Shown: positions 50,487-63,899, counted from the first letter of the stretch. The stretch: 64,000 nucleotides of DNA from Macrostomum hystrix (GCA_950097015.1 CATNEN010000001.1:12400001-12464000); one strand, 5' to 3'. A program made the numbers and translations. Notes: generated by a model from the sequence alone, not told the origin.

Positions 50487-51380
50487 ATGCATTCCAAGAA
50501 CTTCCTAATTTCCCTGCTACTCCTCGCAACTGTGCGCCCTTCGCTACATAGCGCTAATTTCGAAGTGGCTAGCTGGAGCAGTCTGTTAGCTCCGGTTGCA
50601 ATGCAAACTGTGCCAGGCTTCAGTGCCGTTGACTGCGCCATGAAGTGCGCCGGTCAGTCGCCAGTCTGCTTTGGCTTCAGTTGGCTACCAGGCCAATGCC
50701 GAATGTTTAATGCGTCTGCCTACAAGGCCACCTGGGTTGACTCTGCGACCTGTGATGTTTTCTCTTCCTACTGTGAGTCCGATTGGAAGCTAGGAAGTGA
50801 AAATCGATAAATTCAAATCATGTGTGGAGAGGGTTTTATTACTAATACGAGGGTCACTCAGAAAGTCTATTCTGAGCATGATCCACGATTTGTCTGCTTA
50901 AGGTTGTTTGCATCGCAGACACTATAAAAGCTTGCTTTACTAGTTTCCTCTTTGTATGGCTAATGATTCAACTATTAAAATCTAATTACAGATGCCGAAA
51001 AACTAGAAACCATTTTCTGCAATCAAAGCACCACTGTCAATGTCCCCTACTATTGCGAAAACGCAATCGACGGAAACAGAAATCAAAATGTACTGAACTG
51101 CAGCGCCACAGACTCACTGCCAAATCAGTGGTTCGAGGCCTATCTTGCCCGTCCGAAGCTGGTTAGATATGTGACCATCTACTACAGCCAGGACTGCTGC
51201 TCCACCTACCTCACGGAATTCTCGCTTCAGGTTGATGGTGTCGAGTGCAACCGAGTGCTGCTTACAGCGCCCTTCTTGGTGGCCAATTTCACATGCAAAG
51301 CATTCGGTAGCCGCGTGCGAGTGCTAAATCTTCGCAGCACCCATCTGGTACTCTGCGAACTAGAAGTTTACGGCCAGTGA
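50487..51380 (+). CDS. Secreted PAN/apple + F-type lectin (fucolectin/FTP) domain protein (~224 aa)
   Basis: Exons 50487-50772 and 50992-51380; signal peptide; DCAMKC...CFGFSW...CRM (PAN); AIDGN...QWF...DCC...LVLCELEVYG (F-type lectin fold). Confidence 0.85.
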
Positions 51381-52736
51381 TTGGGAGCTGTCCAACGAGT
51401 AGATGCCATGTTTGGAAGTCTGTTGGCGGTTTGCTGTTTACTACAGTCTATAACTGCTCTTGAAAAGTGCTGACCAAAAAATTCATAGTACCGCTTTTCT
51501 TTTTTTCTGAAGCTTACTAAAAATGCTAAAATTTATCGGAACGCATACCTACCTAAGATCAATAAAAATCCGAAGAATATTTTTCGTTTCTTTTCTGCTG
51601 CATGGCTGTTAAACTTTTTGTCTCCCGAATCGATAACGAGTACGTTTTCGTCCACTTATTCAGATTAGACCGGCAAAGGCCGCAACGTCGCTAATATGTT
51701 ACCTAATTAAGCTGTTACCAATTCTTATCTTATGTATATCTTATGTTATCTTATCTTAAGATATCTTATCTTATAAGATAAGATCTTATAAAATATCTTA
51801 TCTTATACCGGGTATATCATAACTTATGTAAAAAACTCGAGATTCGCGAGAGCACGGAAATTAGCTACTGAATTCAATTTTGTGAGTAGTTTTGTTGCGC
51901 ATGGCTAGCGATGAGTCATCGCTTTGATCCCTCAGACCCATCAAAACGCCCACCCCACCTTCGCTTTCCATTGTTCTCGTTCACTCAAGCGTGACGAAAG
52001 CATTGCCTTCAAATTTCCTTTTAATAGAAGCAAACGCCTTAGAACTTTCCCCAATGTAACTTTACTTTATTAATCTCCTCAATGTAATCTTAAGGACAAT
52101 TATTTTCCTAAGTAATTTAGATAACTAGTAATGAAACGCATAAATAATGAGCTATTGCACAACTATTATGTAACATCACCCGCCCCACCCCAAGCTTACT
52201 GTACAACGTCGGGCCAATCAGAACGCGCCAGGGTCGATGCCGGAGACTTTCTATCACGGCTCACGCGCTTAATACGTGACTTCTCCTCCAATGTAACCCC
52301 ATCGTTATTCTCCCAAAACTCAGACGTTCTGTCATCTTCGGACGGGCTTGTCCCAAGACCGTGACACTGCAGGACTCCCTACAACCCTGCTATCCTCTTA
52401 TATGTCGAGTCCACAATCCCTGATTTATCAATTCCTTGATACCACCGAGTCGTCCCGGCAAGGCTTCGCCCAAGAAGATTGCACCCAGCTTTTGATCGCA
52501 TTCTCCTATGTGTAGCTACTGCTCCTTGGTTGCGAAATCGCTGAAATTATTTATTTTCTATAATAATAATAATAATAGTAGACAGTGTAGTAATGCGACT
52601 CATGTATAAATACTGCATGATATTACTAATAGCAGTACTGCTTGCACACAGAGTCGCATTCATGAAAGGCTAGGCAGAGACCTTTTATGATGGGATTAAA
52701 TCCTATATTTAGACTTTATTGGGAAAAGAAGAAAAA

Positions 52737-53020
52737 GGTTGTAGCCTAGTGGTTAGGGCGTCGGGCTCACAACTTTGAGGTCGAGGGTTCGACTCCACTG
52801 AAACAAATTGTGTCCTTTAGCAATGCACTTAACTCTGCATTGCTTCAGTGCACCCAGCTGTTAAATGGGTACCAGCATTAGCTGGGATAATTGAAGGTGG
52901 GTGTGGCTTCCCCCCAGTCCATGGACTGAACCTTCAGATGTGCCGCGCAATAGCTGCGTCTGTGCTGTCGGCTGCACATCTGGCCTAACTATTGGCGCAG
53001 GTGTAATCAATTATAATTAT
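52737..53020 (+). mobile_element. SINE family B
   Basis: Close match to 31703-32010. Confidence 0.85.
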
Positions 53021-53589
53021 GGGCCCCTGCCTCGATATGTTTTAGTAATGGAGTCTAGAAGAGGAAGGTGTGGTGGCAGAACTACTTTAAGTAGTCCATA
53101 CCCGAAAAGCCCTTGCTAGAATTGGAGTAGACGCAGAAAAGTAAAAGAATAATGTGCACGTACACTAGTTTTCTTCATAATGAATATAGACAAATAATAA
53201 TCCTTATTAATAATTCACTGAACTGACCGGAAACTAATAATTATTGGCCCTTCGACTGATGATTGTGTGTAAATGATTGACTAGAACGCTGAGTTATTGA
53301 AAGCAAAAACACAGGTGTGCCTTCGTTGTGGAAAATGTTTTCACACCAAGAGCTTGCTGGTGACGTGGATGCCTGGCCCTTGATGGGAAGCTGCCATATG
53401 AAAATGCAGCAAGCTTGTATCAACTGGAACTTTGCACTTCTCACTGAGAGGTCGGGAGTTCCAGTCTCATATCAAGGAAGCACTTTTATTGGTTAACAGT
53501 GGGCATTTCAAATAGCCGCATTTATCTTTTTGTGCATCTCCTAAAATATTCAACCGATCGCCATGAAAATCCAGAATCACATCGTCGAG

Positions 53590-53663
53590 ACACGACGCGG
53601 AATCGAACTTAGGAACCGTGGTGCGAGAGGCAAACGCGTTAACCGCTCTGCCACCGACCCCCC
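53590..53663 (-). mobile_element. SINE family A, head only
   Basis: GGGGGTCGGTGGCAGAGCGGTTAACGCG...GTTCGATTCC on the minus strand. Confidence 0.7.
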
Positions 53664-54893
53664 AAACTTTGAAAGTTAGTTTATCGTAAATTGTGGAAAA
53701 TTTTAATCGAAATGGTGGACTTTCACGAAAATTGTTCATTCGGTTTTGTAGCCATCGTGAAGTTGGCAGTTGGGTGTTTGCAATATGGTCTTTCCCCAGG
53801 CGGGCAAAATAGTCTTCTACTGTTACTGTGTGAGGCCGTGCCAGTCCATGGACTGAGCAGTTGAGTTCAAAGGTTCCCTTATTCCTGGAAAACTTGCTCA
53901 ATTAAAACCCATACAATCAAGCGGTCTAGCAGCACTCGTAAATATCAATTGGTTAGTAGGCAGATGGCCTCATTAAGAGCAGTGCAATTATTCTTAGAAT
54001 CAGCGGAAAAGCAAGGCTGACAGCAATAAATTAGTCAACGTCAATCAAAAATTTAATGTGATCCTTAAAATTTATAATTGCCCAGGACACACAAGCCCAG
54101 AATTTTGAAATGACAATTTTTTAATTGCTCCTAAAAACGTTTCGCTTGCACCCCGCTGGTAGACAACTACGGTACTTCCACAAACAGATTTTGATTAATT
54201 AAATGATGCCATGTTCTGTTAGTCTACCAAGACTAATTATCGGTGTACATAATGTAGTATATGATCAATATTAAAATTCGGGTAAAAATTGATTTCGCCT
54301 TACTTGAAAACAAAGACTGGCTTTTATATGAAATGTTGGTCGTTTCCCGGTAAAATGAAAATGATTAAGCATTTCAAAGTTTTGAAAACGGAATAATCAT
54401 TTATATTAATCCGAGATGTTGGTAAAGAGTTATAAATTCTGTGATTTAATAATCCAGTAGAGATTTTGGTAAAAAAGACAAACAGTTTGTTAAAGCTTGA
54501 ACTTAATTTGTAACTAACGCAATAATGAATTATCTTTCTCGCGTTTTTTGTACAATGTAAGCACATTGTTATTTTGCTTTAACATGATGTTGCTTCGCAA
54601 ATTGCGCTACATTTTTTAAGACAGATTATTCAGAAGATAATTCAAGAAACGATTTAGTACAATGTTTGATGAAGTCCTAACGAAGCACAGCAACGATTGG
54701 CTGTCATTAAGAAAGTCACCTGCTTCTTTTCCGCTTAATTCCTTGTGAAAAGCACGATTTGCTTTGGATTCAAGAAAGAGTGGCAGCATTACATGAAGAC
54801 ATATCTTGTTTAAAAACAGACTTGCTTCGTTTTTAAGACATGTGAACTGAATCAGAAGTTTTTTTCTACTTTCTGCTTCGTGTTGCTTCACTT

Positions 54894-55847
54894 TCAAGGA
54901 CAATTTCCTGCAGACCAGCTTGTACCAGGTGAGCAGGGCATTTTAGAGTACATGCCGTTAACGCAGCGAAGGTAATGCACATCACTGCTGCAGTCTCGAA
55001 CGAAGTCAACGGTGCATGGCTGATTAGCTGAGTAGCAAACGTAACTGGGTGTTGCTTTTGTTGTGGCTTCACTCGTTGTACCTCCAGCAGTGGTTGGAGC
55101 ACTCGTTGTACCTCCAACAGTGGTTGGAGCACTCGTTGTACCTCCAGCAGTGGTTGGAACACTCGTTGTACCTCCAGCAGTGGTTGGAACACTCGTTGTA
55201 CCTCCAGCAGTGGTTGGAGCACTCGTTGTACCTCCAGCAGTGGTTGGAACACTCGTTGTACCTCCAGCAGTGGTTGGAACACTCGTTGTACCTCCAGCAG
55301 TGGTTGGAGCACTCGTTGTAACTCCAGGAGTGGTTGGAGCACTCGTTGTAACTCCAGGAGTGGTTGGAGCACTCGTTGTAACTCCAGCAGTGGTTGGGGC
55401 ACTCGTAGCATTGAGTCGTTCGATAGCCAACTGTGAGTCAAACGAGTTTTTAAAGTCGAAGAAAACAAGTAGATTTTTAACTTGGAATGAATCATATTTA
55501 ATCGGTCTAAAGGATCTCTTTCTTAAAGATTGCAGAGACTACAGAAAATGGAATAGCTACCAGAGAGCAAAGCTACTGACCTCGCTGACGCAGTCCTGAG
55601 GTGTCCACAGAGCCTCATACTGAGTGAGATTGGCCAGGTAGCAAGAGTCGTCTCGCTTGAACACGGCGGTGCAGTTCGGTCTCAGAGCGCACTCCACCGA
55701 GCAGGTCCGAGCATCTCGAACTCCCTTGACCAGCGACAGGTCGGTGATGTTCCTGGGACAGGCAGAGACGACGCTGAGGCGGACGGTGACGCCCGAAGCT
55801 ATGGAAAACAGGCTCAGCAGGCCACAGACAGCCCAAAATAGCTTCAT
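54894..55847 (-). CDS. Secreted PAN + Thr-rich mucin + chitin-binding type-2-like protein (~267 aa)
   Basis: Exons 55847-55581 and 55430-54894; signal MKLFWAVCGLLSLFSIASG; CSVECALRPNCTAVF...CYL; (TTSAPTTAGG) about 11 copies; DC...YLRCVNG...MPCSPGTSW...C resembles peritrophin-A/CBM14. Confidence 0.85.
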
Positions 55848-57037
55848 GTTGTTGCAGCACGCGAGAATAATCACAAAAAAATAGTTGCCTATTTGCTCAA
55901 AATCAGTTTTGGTTCAGTTAAAATTGCTCTGGCGATTAAATTTTTACAAGTGTAGTTATATACGACGTATGATCGGTCCTACAGCAGGCCTGACCAATCA
56001 GCGTTGGGCTTACTGGAAATCACATACTTATTTGGCATTCGTTGATGTCTAAAACATGACTCTTATTTTTATTTTAATTAGCTCGTTGCTAATTGGCGTT
56101 CAAAAATGAAACTCAACAAAGTCTACGGATAGAGCGTCTCGCATCAGTGCAGGAATTCTGTAAAAAATCGATTTTTTACTTCGCGCAGCTCAAAAGCAGT
56201 AGAGCGTTGAGGTTAGTATGCTTATCTGAGCACTGCATGTTGAGCTGTAAGCATTGCTGTAGGGACTCTAAAAAATCTATTTTTAACTTTTTTTGTTTAA
56301 CGGCTCCCTGTGCATCCAGAAATCAACCAGACGGGGTAAAAAGAGAGTCCTATGGTATTGAAAACTAGATTGTGTTTGCATTTCGAGATATACTTTGAAA
56401 AACTTTTTAGTGAAAAATTTGCTAAGTAGCAAAATGGAATTTCTAAAATTGTTGAGACGCATTAAAAGACACGTGAATAATATATTGGTGCTCAGGTTAT
56501 GCTTTCAGAAAGATTAATTTTTTATTTTTTAAAATAAAAAAGCAGCAATAAAGTTTTGAGGTTCTACTACTTAGTAGAAATTTATGGATAGATTATCAGT
56601 TCTTTAAAAAGTTTTTAGCTACGTTTAGACCATTGTGTGGGCTTACAAGCGAGCAAAGTCGCAAATTTTAACGTTTTTTGTAGGTTCATCGCTGAAGACT
56701 TTCTGATTCTCAGGTCTTGAAAATATTTTAAATTCTCATACCATGTGATGTACTCCAAATTGTGATTATGTGTTACGTAGAGCATGCTGATGCAGACGCA
56801 GTAGATTACGGTTTTAATGCTGTCCGAAACAAAAGCTACGAGCTCGTACTAACAGGCGTGATGGTAGACACCAGTTCTGTGGCTGTGGTACTGTGTGTTC
56901 CAGTGGCTGTTGTGCTTGTTTTCTCAGATGTAGTGGTAGATGCTGAAGTTAATTTAGTTTACCTCGCTTTTGGTGTTCTGATGGTACTGGGTGTTGCAGT
57001 TGCTTTTAGGGTGTTTTTTAGGTTTAGTGGCAGCTGT

Positions 57038-58310
57038 TTAATCTGTAGAGGTAGATGTTGAACTGCTTGTAGTCAATGCAACTCTTGTTATACTGGTGGC
57101 ACTTTGTGTTGTTGTTGCTTTTGAGGTTTTAGTTTCAGGTGTAGAGGTAGATGTTGAAGTAACCGTAGTAGATGTAGTTCTTTGTGTACTCGTGGTACTG
57201 GGTGTTGCAGTTGCTGATGCAGTTGTTGTTTCAGGGGTAGTGGTAGATGCTGAAGAAACTGTACTAGACGTAGTCTTTGATGCGCTGGTGGTACTGGGTG
57301 TTGTAGTTGCTTTTGAGGTTTTAGTTTCAGGTGTAGAGGTAGATGTTGCAGTGATTTTAGTAGATGTAGTTCTTTGTGTACTGGTGGTACTGGGTGTTGC
57401 AGTTGCTGATGCAGTTGTTGTTTCAGGTTTAGTGGTAGATGTTGCAGTGATTGTAGTAGATGTAGTTCTTTGTGTACTGGTGGTACTGGGTGTTGTAGTT
57501 GCTTTTGAGGTTTTAGTTTCAGGTGTAGAGGTAGATGTTGCAGTGATTGTAGTAGATGTAGTTCTTTGTGTACTGTTGGTACTGGGTGTTGCAGTTGCTG
57601 ATGCAGTTGTTGTTTCAGGTTTAGTGGTAGATGTTGCAGTGATTGTAGTAGATGTAGTTCTTTGTGTACTGGTGGTACTGGGTGTTGTAGTTGCTTTTGA
57701 GGTTTTAGTTTCAGGTGTAGAGGTAGATGTTGCAGTGATTGTAGTAGATGTAGTTCTTTGTGTACTGGTGGTACTGGGTGTTGCAGTTGCTTTTGAGGTT
57801 TTAGTTTCAGGTGTAGTGGTGGATGTTGATGTGATTGTAGTTGATGTAGTTTTTGGTGTACTGGGTGTTGTAGTTGCTGTTAAGGTCATTGTTGCAGGAA
57901 CGGCAGAGCTCGCCGAAGAAGACGTGTTGACTGCATGGATCCTGGTAAACACGACCTGTGGGATAACGAGTATTTGTGCGACTTTCAATGGCGGACGAGA
58001 ACCAATTAAACACAAATAGTATTTGAAGAGGTCAGACCTCGCTGACGCAGTCCTGAGGTGTCCACAGAGCCTCATACTGAGTGAGATTGGCCAGGTAGCA
58101 AGAGTCGTCTCGCTTGAACACGGCGGTGCAGTTCGGTCTCAGAGCGCACTCCACCGAGCAGGAGCGAGCATCTCGAACTCCCTTGACCAGCGACAGGTCG
58201 GTGATGTTCCTGGGACAGGTGGAGACGACGCTGAGGCGGACGGTGACGCCCGAAACGACGGACAGCAGGCTTAGCAGGCTGCAGAGGAGTGATAGCCTCT
58301 GGGGGGCCAT
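57038..58310 (-). CDS. Secreted PAN + long Thr/Ser mucin protein (~396 aa)
   Basis: Exons 58310-58038 and 57955-57038; PAN-coding segment nearly identical to the neighbouring gene; 96-nt (32-aa) mucin repeat in 192-nt dimers. Confidence 0.85.
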
Positions 58311-59329
58311 AGCTAATTTTCGTAGCAAGTTAGCAAAGCCATTAAGGAAATGGCTTTTAAACACATCCCTTAGAGGCGTGGAGTCCATTAGCCGCTGACC
58401 AATCAGCATATTTGAAGTAGAAATTGCAGTGATGAAAAGGAAATGCAAAACGCATTGTGGACATTGTGCTGCTTCGCTTTGCATCGAGGAGAAAGTTGAT
58501 CCCAAGCTACAATGCAGCAAATTGGTATTGGTCGTCAAGAAGCAGGCTGGTGTAAATTAGTGATTCAATAAACCACCCCGCAATTGACATCCGGGCTCGC
58601 TGCATACCCCTACAGCTTTCAGCACATTAAATTAATGGAAGGCTGATCATTGACACCTGTAGGGTTAAACATTTAATGGCAAGCAAAGCTATTCTCATTA
58701 GACGATCGATCAAATTGCAGAGCTAATGAAGACCACTTATTTTGGCCATTTTTCTGGGTGAACACAGTCGCGTTTAGCCTCTGCTCTTAATATCCAGTTG
58801 AATGGGATTAAGAGATGGGATAAAGAGCTCGTAAACGAATTTCTCAGAGCCCATTTTGAATCCCTATTGTTCTAATCAACAAAATCAATATTTAACCTCG
58901 TCTACTATACGAAACAGTAGTATGGTAATGGCATGGCAGCATTTTAACTCGCGCTTTTGTAACTAGCAACAGTTTTTGCTGCTCTCCTATGCCCAGCTGT
59001 TCTTCCTGAGTTGTGTTAAACTAACTCATCCACTTTGCCTCACACAATGTCATTCAGGAAATTAGCATAGGGTAGAATGAGTCTAAATGCTGAGCTCTAC
59101 TCACAGTTGCCCAGGTACCATCAATGTTCTTTCTGAATCATTGTACTTTCTAAGAAAAACGGGAAAAACCTTCCGTTTGCTGGATGACGCGCCTTAAAGG
59201 GAAGTTTTTAGTAACTTATTGGATAAAATCCGTCCTGACTGCTTTAGGATTTCAAAGTGATAGAAGCAAAGGACAAAAAATACAAAAGCTAAAGTCAACA
59301 ATAATATTTTCCGGAGAGCAGGGGACACA

Positions 59330-59615
59330 TGAACAACATTTGGTGACCGTAGACCCACATCCAGTGAGGAGGCAATTCTGCCCATTTCGCTGACTCCTGA
59401 GCACACACTCACACATGTGTGTACATCCGCCCTGACTTTCTCATCGTCAGACAGTGTAAATTCTCACTGTGCCTTGGAGGTTGGCCCCAAAAGGCGTAAA
59501 CTGCACGACAAGCCCCCAAGCCTTCTCTCCGCGGCTGCGCCCAAATGAATGTCGCCTCGTGTAATCGAGCTCAGGGAACTTGGTGCGAGAGGCAAACGCG
59601 TTGGATCGCTCTGCG
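59330..59615 (-). mobile_element. SINE family A
   Basis: Reverse-complement match to the family A body and head. Confidence 0.8.
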
Positions 59616-59932
59616 TCTCGCCCTACCAGTTTCCAGTTTAGTAAAAGTTTTTTAATGAAGGTCACTGCTGCTCAAACTACCAAAGCCTTTTTTCAATAAT
59701 AAAGTTTTTTCTGAACTCCAGTTGCATCAGAATAGAACATGTACTTCTATCTGAGCCTGAATGTGACACTGTTGCTATCGCAGCAGACAGGCAAAGCCAG
59801 CAAGAAGCGATCTCATTGGCTGTTTATCTGTCTGGGATCAAGCGAGAACCATAAATATTGACGAAAGGAATCTGCGAGTAGCTAAAGCAGCCGGGCATAT
59901 CTCTGCTCAGGTCCGACACACGGCACAGAAGC

Positions 59933-61630
59933 ATGGTAGCCAATTCGATCAAGGTCTGGCCAGTTGCCGTCCTGATTAGTTCGGCCTGTTTCCTAATGGT
60001 CTGCTGCGATAGCATTCGCTACAACCTGCAGGACGGCTGCCCTGCAGAAGCGGACCTTCTCAGCCAGGTAGGAATAGGAGCAAGAAAAGTAAACTCGAAA
60101 TGGGGATCCGAACTGCGGGGGATATTGGCAAACTATTGTGTGGATATTAACTCAGCTGAGAAAGCATCCTTAGTTAACATTAGGAAGACAACGGGGGTAT
60201 TTCATATACCCAGATATTCCATTTTTCTGAAATTTCCTAACATATTCAATATTCACAAAACACATCGTCGAGATATTTATCGACTCTCGTCGGGGGTGTC
60301 TGGTCGAAAAAACCATCAATATAGGCAAAAACTTTCTGCTCATGTAATCAAGGCGTCTATTTTTAGTTGCCTATTTTATATTAACTATTGCTAATTTATA
60401 CACTTTTGAACCTGTATGGATTCGCCATAGGTTAATATGGTGGACTTCCATGAAAATTGGTCATTCGGTTTGGGAGGTATCGTGAAGTAGGCAGTGGGAA
60501 TTTCAAATACCCCGGTCAGCATGGCCTTTCCGCTGTTAAAAGGAGTAATTTGTAGTCTATGGCCAAAAAAACCTTAAAAGCCTAGAAAGTGACGCTAATA
60601 TCATTTGTTTTGACTTATTGGTACAGTAAAACAACATTGTGCGTGTTTCTATCCGATGCCCAATTAGGTCAGTGGAGTGTCGCACAATCGCACCTGTTCC
60701 GTTGAGTGCGCTGTACGCACAAACTGCACGGCCGTGTTCTGGCGCGACAGTGTGTGCTACCTGGCCATAGCGAACCAGTTCCCAAACTTGTGGATGAACC
60801 TGAGCTCAGCTGGTAATTGCACAACCCAGGTGAAGGCGATCCGTGTTTGAAGCGGCTAGAAAAATGCCCAGCCTAGCCTATAGGGAACAAGTTTGATTGA
60901 CAACTGACAGCAGGAATAGACATGTCGGATGCGAAAGAAAAAACGTCTCAACGTATCTTCGCCTTTTAAGCATCCGCGTGTGCTTTTTCTTTCTACTTGA
61001 TCAATGTGTGTCTATTTTACTAGCTGGTTTCTTAAGCCCTAAAAACTTTTTTATATTTCTATCCTCACTCAAAAGAAACTAATTCTGATGCCATAAGGCC
61101 GAGAAAATAACAACGGAACCGTTTTCGCAAATTTGTGAGTTTCAATCGCTAGGCATAGAATTCTAGATTATATGGAAGTGAATAATTTTTGGGAGCTTTA
61201 CATAACCGGACCAACATGAAAATATGCGGATTACTACGAATGAAATATAATATTTTTCCTCCTAAAACGAGCTTACGCAGTCAGTACGTTATTTGAATTC
61301 GGATTTTAAAATTTTACGAGTATTTCATTTTGCCATTTTTTTTTAATTTACTAACGCTTACTGCTGGATAAATGTAGAATAAACCCACGAAGCTGCCAAA
61401 CTTTGCTGCACAGCAGAAGAGTTAGCTGGTTGACTCGATTCCCGTCGAGTCCAGTTGTTAGCGGCCGTGTTCAACGTCTTGCAGCAAAGCAGTTGTAAAA
61501 TATGATGCTGACGCTCACAATGCGTCTGCATTCTCAGGTGCGACAGACCCTCGAATATGCTGACTCGAACAGGACGATGTGTCGCACGATCTGTTGCAGG
61601 AACGTGAAGGGTCCAAGTTCTCTGCTCTAA
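59933..61630 (+). CDS. Secreted small PAN/apple protein (~129 aa), paralog of the mucin genes
   Basis: Exons 59933-60067, 60668-60829, 61538-61630 (last exon less certain); RTCSVECAVRTNCTAVFWRDSVCYLA aligns with RTCSVECALRPNCTAVFKRDDSCYLA. Confidence 0.7.
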
Positions 61631-61640
61631 TCAGGAGCCA

Positions 61641-61960
61641 TCAGACATCAGAAATTCCTTGGGCTTTAGTAACTGGCGACTGCAGACGCTCTGGAAGCTC
61701 CGGGAAAGCGGAGGGAACTGCTCTCCTTTGAAGTGCTCTCCGTAGCAGCTGACCCTCTCTATAACGATTGTGAGTAGAGTTTGAGTCCTGTGACACACAA
61801 ACGAAGTCTGCATCGGTAAAGTGCTTCAAGCAGAGACGAGACTCCTTGGTGGGAATACAGTCCTCACGCCGATTGCCTCGCAGTCATTGCTATTGTTGGA
61901 GTAGCTCTGGTTGTTTCAGTTGAAATTCAGTGGAAAGGAATGAAACTTTGGCGTCCAATG
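61641..61960 (-). pseudogene. THAP-domain relic (P-element/Kolobok-type transposon N-terminus or THAP pseudogene)
   Basis: ELLQQ*Q*LRGNRREDCIPTKESRLCLKHFTDADF...LQRRAVPSAFP matches the THAP pattern W..AI.R..W.P...LC..HF...F...L...AVP; contains stops. Confidence 0.7.
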
Positions 61961-63899
61961 TAATCGCAGACGATGCGGAGGCATCAGAGCGACAAACATG
62001 AATCTGGTTCTTCATTCTTGTCATTATGACTAAGACCTTTGCACAAAGAACTGTACAATCCCTCACAACCCTTCTGTTCACAGAATATCATTTAGTACAC
62101 TTAGTGTATACAAACCCATGGCCCTTATCTCAACTAAACCGTAAAGAATTTTTGCACACTTTTTTCACAAGCGCGGATATTCTGGGCACCGAGAACTGGC
62201 GAACAGGGCAAGGTGAGTTGTACATACCGATCGATATGATCTATACTTAAATTGGGGTGGTAGCTGTCAAAAAGAGCTAAAAATACACGGCACATCAGCG
62301 AATGAGTCACGAATTAAAAATAGAAACTTTTTAAATTAACCACAAACTGAATTTGATTCTATTCCGTTATCTAGTTAGAAATCACTTCTATTAAAAACGA
62401 ACTCATATGTACTACGAGTATACGAGTACGAGCTAGATATAGATAGCATAATCCAGTTGTGAAAAAATCACCCAGTTTATTCATTATGTTAGGCCTTCTA
62501 CGTCGAGGCCCGTATCGGCCTGGTTGCTCAACGTTGGCTGGAAACAGAATTGAATTATATTTTTTTCCGCAACAAAAATACTTCAATAAGTGGCTCAGTC
62601 GGGTGAGCGAGCGAACAATCATTTTTGTCTGCCAGATAAGATACCCTGCCTCTCTTGCTAGAACAATCCAAATTGCATTCCTAAAACAACAATAGGATTA
62701 GCTGAGTTCTAGTTCTCAGTTTTCATCCCAAATTTGACAATTTCAACGAGCTAGTCTATCTTGGAGACTGCAAAATATCAGAAGCATCTATTTATTGCAC
62801 TCCATTTAGGATGTTTGGAAGCTTACTAAGAAACTAAAATTGGGTATCCACAGTTATTTTTTTATTTCCAGAATCCATTGTTGTCTAATCCATTGGTTTG
62901 CTCTCCAGTTCATTTAAAAATTAGCATATTCTTTTTGCGAGTACTAGCTCGTACGATGAAATTTGATGGCAAGCACTGATTTTTGTGGCACAATCAGGGC
63001 GTATAAAATAATGATAGAAAATTAAATACTCAGCTCGGTAAACCGACAAAGTTTAGAATAATTCAGCTCTTAGATCTTCAGATCGTATATCTTTAATTAA
63101 CTGTTCCAAACATACTACTTAGCAAAAGCAGCAGGAGTTATTAACATTCAACCATACAATAGGCAGTTAGAATGTCTGGCTTTATTTTTTCTCAAATTTA
63201 AAAAAAGTTAAATAAAAGTTTGAGAAGTACATGCGGCCGGGCAAGAAGTCTTACAAATGCACAAGTACAGTTTTCTACTCTACTGTTTAACGTCCGTGTG
63301 GATTCAAATAAATAAAGTCCTCAGGCACAAGCAACTCACTCTGCGACAAAAAATTTTTTTCGCGTGATCTGATCTCACTTGCTTTCAGTAGTTATTCAGT
63401 TTTTTGTTTGCATGCACTGTACCCATAAGAATTCTTATTTGAGAAAAATGACGGCCCTGCCAAAATTGGCTGGTGAAAACGTATTCTCTCTCAAACAAGA
63501 GACAGCTGTCAGTCGGGAGAACTTATCAGACAAGCCGACTCAAGTAATGCTCATTGAGTAGAATCGATAACTGACAATCTCATGGCAGCTGGGGCATTGC
63601 AGACACACAGCTATGCATACAGACCAACTGCAGGGTAGATTTGTATGACAAACTAAATACCTGTAAGTGTCAGCTACTCACTGTTTGATGAGTACTACAG
63701 AAAATGAGGCTTTAGGTAATATTTGTAATTGGGCAATGTGAAACGATACGATGATAAGATTGGATAAGAATAAGGATAAGGATAAGGATAAGAATTACGG
63801 CCAAATAAGAATGATAATAATTTTATATAATAATAATCATCGACTATACCTACCACAATCGGGCCAAAATGTGCCGCCAGCAGGGGCGAAGTTATTGCG

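Noticed and set aside
50846-50866. Mariner-like TIR start (TACGAGGGTCACTCAGAAAGT)
   Set aside because: No partner end; too short to call.
57096-58019. Val-rich 307-aa plus-strand ORF (and 55063-55599)
   Set aside because: Antisense shadow of the Thr-rich mucin exons.
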